Source: Wigglesworthia glossinidia endosymbiont of Glossina morsitans morsitans (Yale colony) (GTDB lineage Bacteria; Pseudomonadota; Gammaproteobacteria; Enterobacterales; Enterobacteriaceae). From it: a stretch of 32,000 bases of DNA. The notes under the pieces are model-generated. The model was not told where the DNA came from, did not search any database, and worked only from the letters and a program-made list of their open reading frames with translations. Positions 18,629-28,735 of this stretch are shown one piece after another (position 1 is the first letter of the stretch; each line of letters starts with the position of its first letter). The stretch is taken from contig NC_016893.1 of NCBI RefSeq assembly GCF_000247565.1, forward strand, positions 660,001 to 692,000, given 5' to 3'. Both the position numbers and the translations under genes were made by a program.

Positions 18629-21600
18629 ATGAAATTATTGCGTGGAGGTCAGGAAGCTCATAATGTTATTTTAGATAAAATAAAAATAAAATTGAATTAT
18701 TTTAACTTACCTATAAAAAATATTAACTGTGAATATATTTATTTTATAGAATCTAAAAATAAAATCAAAGTTAGTACTATTAAAAAATTAAAATATTTGT
18801 TAGGTCATAATCATTCTATTAAAAAAAATAGAATAGGCAAGTTTTTTTTAATAATTCCAATATCAGGAACAAATTCTACATGGTCTCAAAAAATAAAAAA
18901 TATTCTTGATAACTGCGGTTTAAATAACATTGATAAAATTGAAAGAGGTATAATATACTATATTAATTCTAATATTCTCACTATACAACAATGGAAAAAA
19001 ATCGAAAATTTATTATATGATCATACTTCAGAAGTTGTATGCAGAACTATTAAACAAGCATTAAAAATATTTAAACAAAAAGATCATCCTAGTTCAGTAA
19101 AGATTGTTAACATATTAAAATACGGTAAAAATGCTTTAAAAAAATTTAATGATCAATTTCAACTTGCCTTAAACGATATAGAAATAGAGCATTTATTTAC
19201 AGTATTTAAACAACTAAAAAGAAATCCTAATGATGCAGAATTATACATGTTTGCACAATTTAATTCTGAACATTGTCGACATAAAATATTTAATGCAAAA
19301 TGGATTTTTAACAAAAATAAATACAAACAATCTCTTTTTGAAATGATCAAAAATACTCTTGTTGAAACACCTAAAAATGTTTTATCTGCTTATTCTGATA
19401 ATGCAGCAGTAATTTTAGGATCTATGACAAAACAATTTTTTTCACATTCTAAAACGAAAGAATACGGATTTCATAAAGAAAAAATGCATATTGTTATTAA
19501 AGCAGAAACACATAATCATCCAACTGCAATATCGCCATTTTCTGGTGCATCTACAGGCGTTGGAGGCGAAATTAGAGATTCAGGATCTACTGGAAGAGGT
19601 TCTACCCCCAAAATAGGATGGTCGGGGTATTCTGTTTCTAATCTTTTTATTCCATTTTTTCGTCAACCATGGGAAGAATATTTTAGCTATCCAAAACATA
19701 TTCATAATTCTTTAAATATTATGTTACATGCACCTCTAGGTGCATCTGAATTTAATAACGAATTCGGTAGACCATGTCTATCGGGATATTTTCGTACATA
19801 TGAAAAATATTTAAAAATAAACAATAAAATTGAATTAAGAGGATATCATAAACCTATTATGTTATCTGGAGGATTAGGATTAATTCGAGAAATCCATGTA
19901 TTTAAGAAACATATTATTTCTAAAAATAAATTGATAATTTTAGGTAATCCAGGCATGAAAGTAGGCCTAGGAGGCGCATCTACATCATCTTTATCACATC
20001 ATATCAATCCTAATTTTTCTTCTATACAACGTGGAAATCCTGAAATGGAACGTAGATGTCAAGAAGTTATTAATCGTTGTTGTGAATTGAAAAAAAATAA
20101 TCCGATTTTGTTTATACATGATGTTGGCGCAGGTGGATTATCTACTACTATTTTAGAAATTTTAATTCAAAATAAATGCGGAGCTTTTATCAGATTAAGA
20201 GAAATCCCGAATATTGAAAAAAATATGACTCCATTAGAAATATGGTGTAATGAATCACAAGAAAGATATGTCTTAGTGCTTAATAAAAATAAGCTGAAAA
20301 TATTCCATGCCATTTGTAGGCGCGAAAATGCTCCATATGCTATAATAGGAGAAATTACAAATTCTTTGAAATGTATAGTGTATGACGAATATTTCGATAA
20401 TATGACAATTAATTTACCTGTAAAAAAATTATATCAACATGTAAAATTGACGAAAATAATTAATAAAAATCTAATTTCAATAAAAAATGAAAAACTAGAT
20501 TTAAGTAAAATTGATTTAAGTGATGCTATTCATCGTATTTTACATCTTCCATCTGTCGCAGATAAAAGTTTTTTAATTACAATTAACGATCGTAGTATTA
20601 CTGGAACTGTGACACGTGATCAAATGATTGGTCCTTGGCAAATTCCAGTATCAGATTCTGCAGTAACAGTATCAAGTTTTGAAAGTTATTACGGAGAAGC
20701 TGTTTCAATAGGTGAACGTAGCCCGATTTCTTTATTAGATTTTGCCGCTTCTGCGCGTTTATCAGTTGGAGAAGCTATTACTAATATTGCAGGAGTATAT
20801 ATTAAAAACATAGAAAACATTAAACTATCGGCAAATTGGATGATTGATTCTAGCAATAATTTAGATAGCTATAAATTATATCAAACCGTTAAAGAACTAG
20901 GAGAAAAATTTTGTCCCGATTTAAATTTAACGATTGTAGTTGGAAAAGATTCTATGTTTATGAAAACTAATTGGATTGATAAAAATAATAGCAAAACTGT
21001 TTCTGCTCCACCATCTTTAGTAATATCAGCATGTGCTCGTGTTGAAGATGTAAGAGCCACTGTTACTCCGCAATTAAGATATGAAGTTGATAATTTTATA
21101 TTATTTATTGATCTAGGAAATCAATATCAAGGATTAGCAGGAACAGCTTTATCACAAACATATCAAAAAATTTGGAACGATACTCCAGATGTAAGAAACA
21201 CAAAAAAATTAAAACAGTTTTTTTATGTTATGCAAAAATTATTAAAAAAAAGAAAATTAATTGCTTATCACGATCGATCCGACGGTGGATTATTTGTAAC
21301 TCTTGCTGAAATGGCTTTTTCAGGAAATTGTTCTGTTGATATTAACTTGCATGATCTAGGAGATAATATAATATCAATATTATTTAATGAAGAATTAGGA
21401 GGCTTGATTCAAATTCAAAAAAAAGATTATGAATACGTATTAAATGTTTTTAAAGAAAACAAATTAGAAAATTGTTTATATAACATAGGATATGCTTATT
21501 CAGGAGATCAATTCACATTAAGAAATAATGAAAAAATTTTATATGAGCATAGCAGAACTGTATTACGTGCATGGTGGTCAGAAACAACATGGAAAATTCA

Positions 21601-22516
21601 AAGATTAAGAGATAATGCAGATAGCGCTGATCAAGAACATCGACTAAGACAAGATACTTTTAATCCAGGATTAAGAATGAAACTTACTTTTAATCCAAAA
21701 AATGATATTTCAGCACCTTTTTTTTTAATTAGAAAATTTCCAAAAATTGCTATTTTAAGAGAACAAGGTACTAACGCATATACCGAGATGGCAGCTGCTT
21801 TTTATAGAGCAGGATTTCAACCTATCGACGTACACATGAATGACTTACGGTTTAGTTCAGAAAATATTTTAAAAAAATATAACATTTTAGTAGCTTGCGG
21901 TGGATTCACTTATGGAGACGTATTATATGGAGGATCGGGATGGGCAAAATCAATTTTATTAAATAATAAATTGAGAGATATGTTTGAATCATTTTTTAAT
22001 AATCCGAACACTTTATCATTGGGTATATGTAATGGATGTCAAATGATGTCTGAATTAAAAGAAATTATACCTGGAACTCAGCATTGGCCAAATTTTGTCG
22101 CAAATAAATCGTGTAGATTTGAAGCGCGTTTTATTTTAGTTGAAGTATTAAATAGTCCATCAATCTTACTAAAAGATATGCAAGGTTCTTGCATACCTAT
22201 TTCAGTTGCACACAGCACAGGAAGAGTAAAATTTAAAAATGTTAAAGATCTTCAAATGATAGAAAAATTAAATTTAGTAACACTAAAATATATAGACAAT
22301 TATGGTAGTACTACAGAACTATATCCTTCTAATCCAAACGGATCAAAACATGGTATTGCAGCACTTACTAATTTCGATGGCCGGATAAATATTATGATGC
22401 CGCATCCAGAAAGAAGTTTTAGAAGTATAAATTTTTCTTATTTATCTCATAATTATGCCGAAGAAGACAGTCCATGGATGAGAATCTTTAGAAATGCTAG
22501 GAAGCAGATAGGATAA
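18629..22516 (+). CDS. purL: Phosphoribosylformylglycinamidine synthase (large, single-chain PurL)
   Basis: 1295 aa, collinear with E. coli PurL, which I recall as about the same length. Conserved segments include NSEHCRHKIFNA, ETHNHPTAISPF.GA.TG.GGEIRD and HDVGAGGLS, the glutaminase nucleophile in GICNGCQMM, and the C-terminus PWMRIFRNARKQIG. Confidence 0.98.
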   Translation: MKLLRGGQEAHNVILDKIKIKLNYFNLPIKNINCEYIYFIESKNKIKVSTIKKLKYLLGHNHSIKKNRIGKFFLIIPISGTNSTWSQKIKNILDNCGLNNIDKIERGIIYYINSNILTIQQWKKIENLLYDHTSEVVCRTIKQALKIFKQKDHPSSVKIVNILKYGKNALKKFNDQFQLALNDIEIEHLFTVFKQLKRNPNDAELYMFAQFNSEHCRHKIFNAKWIFNKNKYKQSLFEMIKNTLVETPKNVLSAYSDNAAVILGSMTKQFFSHSKTKEYGFHKEKMHIVIKAETHNHPTAISPFSGASTGVGGEIRDSGSTGRGSTPKIGWSGYSVSNLFIPFFRQPWEEYFSYPKHIHNSLNIMLHAPLGASEFNNEFGRPCLSGYFRTYEKYLKINNKIELRGYHKPIMLSGGLGLIREIHVFKKHIISKNKLIILGNPGMKVGLGGASTSSLSHHINPNFSSIQRGNPEMERRCQEVINRCCELKKNNPILFIHDVGAGGLSTTILEILIQNKCGAFIRLREIPNIEKNMTPLEIWCNESQERYVLVLNKNKLKIFHAICRRENAPYAIIGEITNSLKCIVYDEYFDNMTINLPVKKLYQHVKLTKIINKNLISIKNEKLDLSKIDLSDAIHRILHLPSVADKSFLITINDRSITGTVTRDQMIGPWQIPVSDSAVTVSSFESYYGEAVSIGERSPISLLDFAASARLSVGEAITNIAGVYIKNIENIKLSANWMIDSSNNLDSYKLYQTVKELGEKFCPDLNLTIVVGKDSMFMKTNWIDKNNSKTVSAPPSLVISACARVEDVRATVTPQLRYEVDNFILFIDLGNQYQGLAGTALSQTYQKIWNDTPDVRNTKKLKQFFYVMQKLLKKRKLIAYHDRSDGGLFVTLAEMAFSGNCSVDINLHDLGDNIISILFNEELGGLIQIQKKDYEYVLNVFKENKLENCLYNIGYAYSGDQFTLRNNEKILYEHSRTVLRAWWSETTWKIQRLRDNADSADQEHRLRQDTFNPGLRMKLTFNPKNDISAPFFLIRKFPKIAILREQGTNAYTEMAAAFYRAGFQPIDVHMNDLRFSSENILKKYNILVACGGFTYGDVLYGGSGWAKSILLNNKLRDMFESFFNNPNTLSLGICNGCQMMSELKEIIPGTQHWPNFVANKSCRFEARFILVEVLNSPSILLKDMQGSCIPISVAHSTGRVKFKNVKDLQMIEKLNLVTLKYIDNYGSTTELYPSNPNGSKHGIAALTNFDGRINIMMPHPERSFRSINFSYLSHNYAEEDSPWMRIFRNARKQIG

Positions 22517-22540
22517 AAATTAAATTTTTTATAATCGAAA

Positions 22541-23980
22541 TTAAACACGTAACACACGACTTGTATTAGTTTTTCCAACAGTACCCATCACATCACCTTG
22601 GGTGATTACTACAAAATCTCCAGAAACTAAAAATCCTTTTTGTTTTAATAAATTAATAGCGGAGTTCGCGGCATTAATACCTTTTTCATTATTGTTGAAA
22701 TATACCGGTGTTACTCCTTTATATAAAGCCGTTAAATTTAAAGTGCATTCATGCTTAGAAAGCGCAAAAATAGGTAATTCTGAACTAATTCGAGACATAA
22801 TAAGAGGTGTTTTTCCAGATTCAGTAAGTGATATAATTGCACGTATACCTTGTAAATGGTTTGCTACATACATAGCAGACATTGCCATAGATTCTTCGAC
22901 AGATCGAAATTGCATATTTTCTCTATATTTTAAAGTATTATTATTAGAAATTTTTTCTGCTCCTATACAAACATTTGCCATAGATATTACTGTTTCTATT
23001 GGATATTTCCCAATTGCAGTTTCGGCTGATAACATTACTGCATCTGTTCCATCTAATACTGCATTAGCAACATCCATGACTTCTGCACGTGTTGGCATTG
23101 GGTTATTAATCATAGATTCCATCATTTGCGTTGCAGTGATTACTGCGCGATTTAAATTATGTGCTCTTTGTATTAATTTTTTTTGTATTCCAACTAATTC
23201 TGGATCACCAATTTCTATTCCTAAATCGCCTCTTGCAACCATTATCGCATCGGAAGCTATAATAATTTCATCTATTATATCATTATTTGCTACAGCCTCT
23301 GCACGTTCAATTTTTGAAATAATTTTTGCATGACTATTTAATTTTTTTAACAAATTTTTAGCGTATTTTAAATCTTCTCCTGTTCGAGGAAATGAAACAG
23401 CTAAATAGTCAATTCCCATTTTAGTAGCATATATGATGTCCTGCTTATCTTTTTGTGTGAGTGTCTTTGCAGATAAACCGCCACCTAATTTATTAATGCC
23501 TTTGTTGTTACATAAGTAACCTCCAATACGTACTGTAGTGTAAATTTTTTGATTTAAAATTTTTTTTACTTCTAATTGTATACGTCCATCATCTAATAAT
23601 AATATATCTCCTGGAATTACGTCTTGAGGTAATTTTTTATAATCAATTCCTACACTCGAATTTGTGCCAAGATCTTTTGTTAAAGATGCATCTAATATAA
23701 ATTGTTTACCTGGAGATAAAAATGTTTTTCCTTTTTGAAAGCTTGAAATACGAATTTTAGGTCCTTGTAAATCACCAAGAATAGCAATATTTTTACCTAA
23801 TTTATGTGAAATTTTTCTTACTGCCTTTGTTCTCCTAGAATGATCAGAAAAATTTCCATGAGAAAAATTCATACGCACTATATTAGCGCCTGATAATATC
23901 ATTTTTTCTAGATTATTATTTAGATCTGTAGCTGGACCCAAAGTAGTAACTATTTTTGTTCTTCTAATTTTTATAGACAT
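22541..23980 (-). CDS. pykA: Pyruvate kinase II
   Basis: 479 aa, collinear with E. coli PykA ([89 protein letters not shown]). Confidence 0.97.
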   Translation of the reverse strand: MSIKIRRTKIVTTLGPATDLNNNLEKMILSGANIVRMNFSHGNFSDHSRRTKAVRKISHKLGKNIAILGDLQGPKIRISSFQKGKTFLSPGKQFILDASLTKDLGTNSSVGIDYKKLPQDVIPGDILLLDDGRIQLEVKKILNQKIYTTVRIGGYLCNNKGINKLGGGLSAKTLTQKDKQDIIYATKMGIDYLAVSFPRTGEDLKYAKNLLKKLNSHAKIISKIERAEAVANNDIIDEIIIASDAIMVARGDLGIEIGDPELVGIQKKLIQRAHNLNRAVITATQMMESMINNPMPTRAEVMDVANAVLDGTDAVMLSAETAIGKYPIETVISMANVCIGAEKISNNNTLKYRENMQFRSVEESMAMSAMYVANHLQGIRAIISLTESGKTPLIMSRISSELPIFALSKHECTLNLTALYKGVTPVYFNNNEKGINAANSAINLLKQKGFLVSGDFVVITQGDVMGTVGKTNTSRVLRV

Positions 23981-23988
23981 ATAATAAT

Positions 23989-23993
23989 TTCCT
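23989..23993 (-). promoter_or_regulatory. Shine-Dalgarno-like AGGAA of pykA
   Basis: The reverse complement reads AGGAAATTATTAT-ATG, an 8-nt spacer. Confidence 0.45.
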
Positions 23994-24368
23994 ATTTTTA
24001 ATTTTTTTAAATTTGGAATAATAAAATATATTTATTAATTTTAGTTTTTCTATTTTTTATATATGCATAATTTATACCAAAATTAATAAACAAAAATTTT
24101 ATATTAATTTTTTAATCTATTTTTGTATTAGTTATATCTTGCATAATTATTATAAAAATTACTTTTATAAATTTTTTTATTATTAAATAATATATTTTTT
24201 GAAATTTATTTAAATTAGTTATGCTAAAATATATTATTAAATATATTTATATTATTTAATTAATTCAGTTTAATACAATAGTAATAAAATAATTAAAATA
24301 TTTTCTTTCCCTTAGTTAAGTTATAAAAGATAATATAAAAATCTATTTTAGATTAAAGTATACATTTC

Positions 24369-25925
24369 ATGTTATATTTAAATTTATTTCAAGAATTAGG
24401 GCTATATACAGCCTGTATGCTCGGATTAGCAATATTATTTGTTTTAATTTATGAGTTTATTAATGGATTTCATGATACTGCTAATGCAGTAGTAACTGTA
24501 ATTTATACAAAAGCATTAAAACCTAGATTAGCAGTAATTTTCTCAGGAATATTTAATTTTTTTGGCGTTTTATTAGGAGGGTTGAGTGTAGCTTATAGTA
24601 TAGTACATTTACTACCGAACGATCTTTTATTAAACATTAGTTCAAAAAATGGTTTGAAAATGATGTTTGCTATATTATTAGCAGCTATCATGTGGAATTT
24701 TGGAACATGGTATTATCGGTTGCCTGTATCTAGTTCACATACTTTAATCGGCGCAATTATTGGAGTAGGACTGTTTAGTCAAAAATTTACAAATATATCA
24801 ATTTATCAAACTTTAAACTTATCTAAATTGTTTGATATTTTTTTATCTTTAATTATTTCTCCATTTATAGGATTTTTCCTTTCAGGCATTTTAATATTAA
24901 TTTTACGTTATTTTTGGAAAAATAATAAAAACATAAATAGAATACATTTTACTCCGCTCGAAAGAGAAAAGAAAGATGGGAAAAAAAAACCGCCTTTTTG
25001 GATACGTATATCGTTGATTTTTTCGGCAGCAGGAATCAGTTTTTCTCATGGAGCTAATGATGGACAAAAAGGAATAGGATTGATTATGCTAATTTTAATT
25101 GGTGTATTTCCTGTAGGTTTTGTAATTAATATGGATGCTAATAAATATGATATACATCATTCAAAAAATGCAGTGAATAATTTACATGAATATTTTTTAA
25201 GTCACCATAATAAACTAGCAAATTATTCAGATCCTAAAACAGAAGAAAAAATTTTTCAAGAAAAATATGCTCATTTTTCTCAAGATATTAATTTTAAACA
25301 AAATAAATATGAAGAATGCATATCTAACGTGTTAAATAAAAATGTTTATAAACAATCTTGTACTATTCTAGTGATAGAACATACATCTGAATTATTATCA
25401 AATAAAAAAAATTTTTATCAATTAAGTGCAGAAGAAAGATTTAATTTGAGAAAATCTTTGTTGTTTATATCTAATATAATTAACAAAATGATTAGCCTCC
25501 CAGAAGTATCAGAAAAAGATAAAAAATTTTTAAAAAAATTGTGTCGCGATATTACGTATATTATCGAATATTCTCCTATCTGGATTGTAGTTATAATAGC
25601 ATTATCGTTGTCATTTGGTACAATGGTATCTTGGAAACGTGTTGCACAAACTATTGGAGAAAAAATTGGTAAAAATGAAATGACTTATGCTCAAAGTTTA
25701 TCTGCTCAATTTACTTCTGCATTATCTATTGGAATTGCGAGTTATACTGGAATGCCGGTATCCACCACTCATGTATTATCTTCTGCTGTTGCTGGAGCAG
25801 TATTAATAGATCATGGAGAAATACAAAAAAGAACTGTAAGAAATATTTTATTAGCATGGATTTTAACATTACCAGTATCTATGCTTTTATCTGGAATATT
25901 ATATACTTTAATGTCTCAGATTTAA
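24369..25925 (+). CDS. pitA: Low-affinity inorganic phosphate transporter (PiT family)
   Basis: 518 aa, collinear with E. coli PitA (INGFHDTANAV.TVIYT, SSSHTLIGAIIG, EREKKDGKKKPPFW, FSHGANDGQKGIGL, GMPVSTTHVLSSAVAG). Confidence 0.95.
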   Translation: MLYLNLFQELGLYTACMLGLAILFVLIYEFINGFHDTANAVVTVIYTKALKPRLAVIFSGIFNFFGVLLGGLSVAYSIVHLLPNDLLLNISSKNGLKMMFAILLAAIMWNFGTWYYRLPVSSSHTLIGAIIGVGLFSQKFTNISIYQTLNLSKLFDIFLSLIISPFIGFFLSGILILILRYFWKNNKNINRIHFTPLEREKKDGKKKPPFWIRISLIFSAAGISFSHGANDGQKGIGLIMLILIGVFPVGFVINMDANKYDIHHSKNAVNNLHEYFLSHHNKLANYSDPKTEEKIFQEKYAHFSQDINFKQNKYEECISNVLNKNVYKQSCTILVIEHTSELLSNKKNFYQLSAEERFNLRKSLLFISNIINKMISLPEVSEKDKKFLKKLCRDITYIIEYSPIWIVVIIALSLSFGTMVSWKRVAQTIGEKIGKNEMTYAQSLSAQFTSALSIGIASYTGMPVSTTHVLSSAVAGAVLIDHGEIQKRTVRNILLAWILTLPVSMLLSGILYTLMSQI

Positions 25926-26181
25926 TAAAAATTATTTTTTAAGTTATTAAAATAATTATAAATAAAAGATTTATAGATGAAAATATTTTATTAAATATTT
26001 AATACTATGAAGAATTAAATTTAAAATAACTTTTCAATTATATTGAAAAAAATTATATTTTGTTAATGTAATAAAAATAATTTTATATATTATTCAAATA
26101 TGTTAAAAAACAAATGATCTTGAACAATTTATTTATATATTTTATATTGCATACAATTTATTCATCATTCTTTATAAAATT

Positions 26182-27548
26182 ATGATAATACCAATATATT
26201 TTAATCAAAAAAAATATCAAAAATATTTAATTGAACTACCTAAAATCAAACAATTTTCAAAAAATATAAGAACAATATATAATTCGCAAGATTTTTTTAA
26301 TTTACTTATAAAAAAAATTTCTGAAGCAAAAAAATTAATTTACCTAGCCGTATTATATTTAGAAAAAGATCAATCAGGTTTGCAAATATTAAAAACAATA
26401 TATCAAGCAAAAAAAAACAACCCTAATTTAGAAGTTGCAATCTTAGTAGATTGGTATAGAGCTCACAGAACAATTTTAGGTAAAAAACAAGGTATAACGA
26501 ATGCTGATTGGTATTCTGATATGGCGACTATATATAAAAATATTAATGTACCAATTTATGGAATCCCTGTAAATCTTAATGAAGCATTAGGAGTATTGCA
26601 TCTTAAAGGATTTATTGTTGATAATTATGTATTTTATAGTGGTGCAAGTATTAGTAATGCATATTTAAATCAATTTAATAAAAAATGCCGTCATGATAGA
26701 TATCAAATGATTTGCAATGACGCTTTAGCTAATTCCATGTTAAATTTTATTCAATCAAAATTATTAATTGAAAGTTCAATGCTTTTAAACAATTATAAAC
26801 CATATAAAAAAAAAAATTTTTTATTAGACGTTACTCGAGAGTATTACGTAAAAAATTGAAATCTAGCCAGTATCATTACGACACTGATCTATGCCATAAT
26901 CAACTTTCTATTGCACCAATCTTAGGATTAGGTAAAAATAATTTGTTAAATCGCGTGATACATAATCTCGTATGTGCTACAAAGTATAAATTAATTTTAT
27001 GTACGCCATACTTTAATTTATTTCCTTTGTTAATTAAAGATATATCAAAGATTTTAAGTTTACATAAAACCGTGGAAATTATTGTTGGTGATAAAATTGC
27101 AAATGATTTTTATACTTCAAACAAACATACATTCAAAATTATCAGTATAATACCGTATTTGTATGAAATTAACTTAAGAAATTTTATGAAAAATTATCAA
27201 AATTATATAGACGATGGAAATTTAATTATTAAATTATGGAAAAATAAAAATAATAGTTTTCACATTAAAGGTATCTGGGTTGATGAAATATGGATGTTAT
27301 TAACTGGAAATAATTTTAATGCACGAGCATGGGCGTTAGATTTAGAAAATGCAATTTTAATACACGATCCAAAACAAGAAATTTATATTCAACGTAAAAA
27401 AGAACTATCTTATATTTGCAAGCATACAAAAAGAATAAAAAATTTTCGAGAAATTGAAAAAATTTCTGATTATCCTGCAAAAGTGCAAAGAATTATTCGA
27501 AATATTAAAGTGATACATTTCGATCGATTAATTAAAAAAATATTATAA
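26182..27548 (+). pseudogene. pssA: CDP-diacylglycerol--serine O-phosphatidyltransferase (phosphatidylserine synthase), split by a frameshift in an A11 tract; probably still functional through slippage
   Basis: ORFs 26182..26859 and 26856..27548 cover the N- and C-halves of E. coli PssA. The first HKD motif (HLKGFIVD) is in part 1 and the second (HIKGIWVD) in part 2. The second frame is open from 26808 and reads KKKFFIRRYSRVLRKKLKSSQYHY..NQLSIAPILGLGKNN, matching E. coli ..IRLFRQELRDAAYHF..DQLSVTPLVGLGKSS. One extra A (or two fewer) in the tract at 26806-26816 fuses the frames into a protein of about 455 aa. Confidence 0.9.
26806..26816 (+). repeat. Poly(A)11 homopolymer (followed by T6) at the pssA frameshift site
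   Basis: Eleven consecutive A counted directly (cat at AAAAAAAAAAA tttttt). The frame changes across it. Confidence 0.95.
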
Positions 27549-27555
27549 AATAAAC

Positions 27556-28389
27556 TTATATGCAATTAATATGGTTATAATTAATGTTAATTTTTTTTAA
27601 TGTTTGAAAATTATAAGATTTTAAAATATTGCGTAATTTTTTTGAAAAAATTAATTTCGTGCAGTAAGCAATTCCTGATATATTATTGACGACTGGTTTG
27701 TTTTTTAAAATATTTGATAGTAATAAACAAGACTGATCTTTTATTTTTTTTCTAGAATCGATCAATTTAATTTTTTCAGGAAAACTTTTAATAATTTCTG
27801 GTATAAGATACGAAAGATGTGTGCATCCTAAAATTATAGTGTCTGGAATAGGAGAATTTTGAAGAAAAGAAATTAAGCAATTTTGCACTAATTTGTAAGA
27901 AATATGATTTCTAAGTATTTTTTCTTCTGATAATAAAATTAATTTATGAGCATCTAATTTAATAATTTTAACACCACTTAATTCTAATTCGAATAACGAA
28001 AAATGATTAATAGTAATAGATGTCCCTAAAAACCCTATAACTTTATTTTTTGTATAATTAAGCGCAGTACTTATTTCTGGAATGACTCCAATTATTGGAT
28101 TTAATAATTTATTTTTTAAATAAGATAACGCAATTATGCTTGCTGTATTGCATGCAAGAATCGTTAAATCTATTTTATGCATTTTGTGAATTTTAGTAAT
28201 AATTTTTACAATACGATTCAATATAAATGTTTTAGACTTTTTACCATATGGAAATTCTGCATTGTCAAATATATATATATATTTTGCACATGGTATATAT
28301 TTTTTAATCTTGTTATAAATAGATAACCCTCCTGTTCCTGAATCAAAAATTGCAATTACGGGTAAAATATATTTAGTTTGATTTATCAT
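27556..28389 (-). CDS. murI: Glutamate racemase
   Basis: 277 aa with FDSGTGGLS, the catalytic Cys contexts LACNTAS and LGCTHLS, and FPYGKKS. Collinear with E. coli MurI but without its N-terminal extension. Confidence 0.93.
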   Translation of the reverse strand: MINQTKYILPVIAIFDSGTGGLSIYNKIKKYIPCAKYIYIFDNAEFPYGKKSKTFILNRIVKIITKIHKMHKIDLTILACNTASIIALSYLKNKLLNPIIGVIPEISTALNYTKNKVIGFLGTSITINHFSLFELELSGVKIIKLDAHKLILLSEEKILRNHISYKLVQNCLISFLQNSPIPDTIILGCTHLSYLIPEIIKSFPEKIKLIDSRKKIKDQSCLLLSNILKNKPVVNNISGIAYCTKLIFSKKLRNILKSYNFQTLKKININYNHINCI

Positions 28390-28626
28390 TTTTAATTTAA
28401 ATAATTATTAATTCTTGCTATAATATTTTAGCATTGCATATAAATAATTGTTATAATTATTCTAGAATACTATTCTAATAAATTTTTTGACAATCACTAT
28501 ATATACAGTATATATTTAAATTTAATAATTCAAAATTGTTTTGAACGATAAAATATTTTGCAAAAAATATAAAATAATTAAAATTGATTAATTTAATATA
28601 TATTAAAAACATAAATTATCATTTAA

Positions 28627-28709
28627 GCCGAAGTGGCGAAATTAGGTAAACGCAATTGATTCAAAATCAATCGTCTCACGACTTGTCGGTTCAAATCCGA
28701 CCTTCGGCA
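28627..28709 (+). tRNA. leuX: tRNA-Leu (anticodon CAA), type II with long variable arm, no encoded CCA
   Basis: Manual cloverleaf: acceptor gccgaag/cttcggc (7 bp); anticodon stem attga/tcaat with loop ttCAAaa; T arm gtcgg-ttcaaat-ccgac; 13-nt variable arm; discriminator A. The 5' half is nearly identical to E. coli leuX (GCCGAAGTGGCGAAAT.GGTA.ACGCA.TTGATTCAAAATCAA). It is followed by AAAAAAAA, not CCA. Confidence 0.93.
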
Positions 28710-28735
28710 AAAAAAAACAAAATATTAATTATTTA

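Noticed and set aside
620-19350. Eleven small ORFs of 60-77 aa from the ORF track: 620-802, 908-1090, 3064-3255, 5840-6043, 9252-9446, 9519-9731, 11988-12176, 13080-13280, 15357-15539, 15895-16128 and 19159-19350
   Set aside because: All are nested in, or antisense to, well-supported genes in other frames, apart from 9252-9446 and 15357-15539, which also run into the adjacent spacer. None has recognisable motifs.
22602-23333. A 243-aa ORF on the plus strand, entirely antisense to pykA
   Set aside because: It lies fully within the strongly conserved pykA and is a typical shadow ORF opposite a relatively GC-richer, conserved gene. Its low-complexity Ile/Ala/Ser composition resembles no family I recognise.
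23981-24368. Long AT-rich spacers (388 nt between pykA and pitA; 335 nt between cyoA and panE at 8966-9300; 256 nt at 25926-26181; 237 nt at 28390-28626), considered as possible hidden genes, sRNAs or gene remnants
   Set aside because: By eye I found no open frame, conserved motif, structured GC-containing element or repeat family. They are most simply divergent promoter regions or eroded DNA. Only a sensitive homology or covariance search could reveal remnants.
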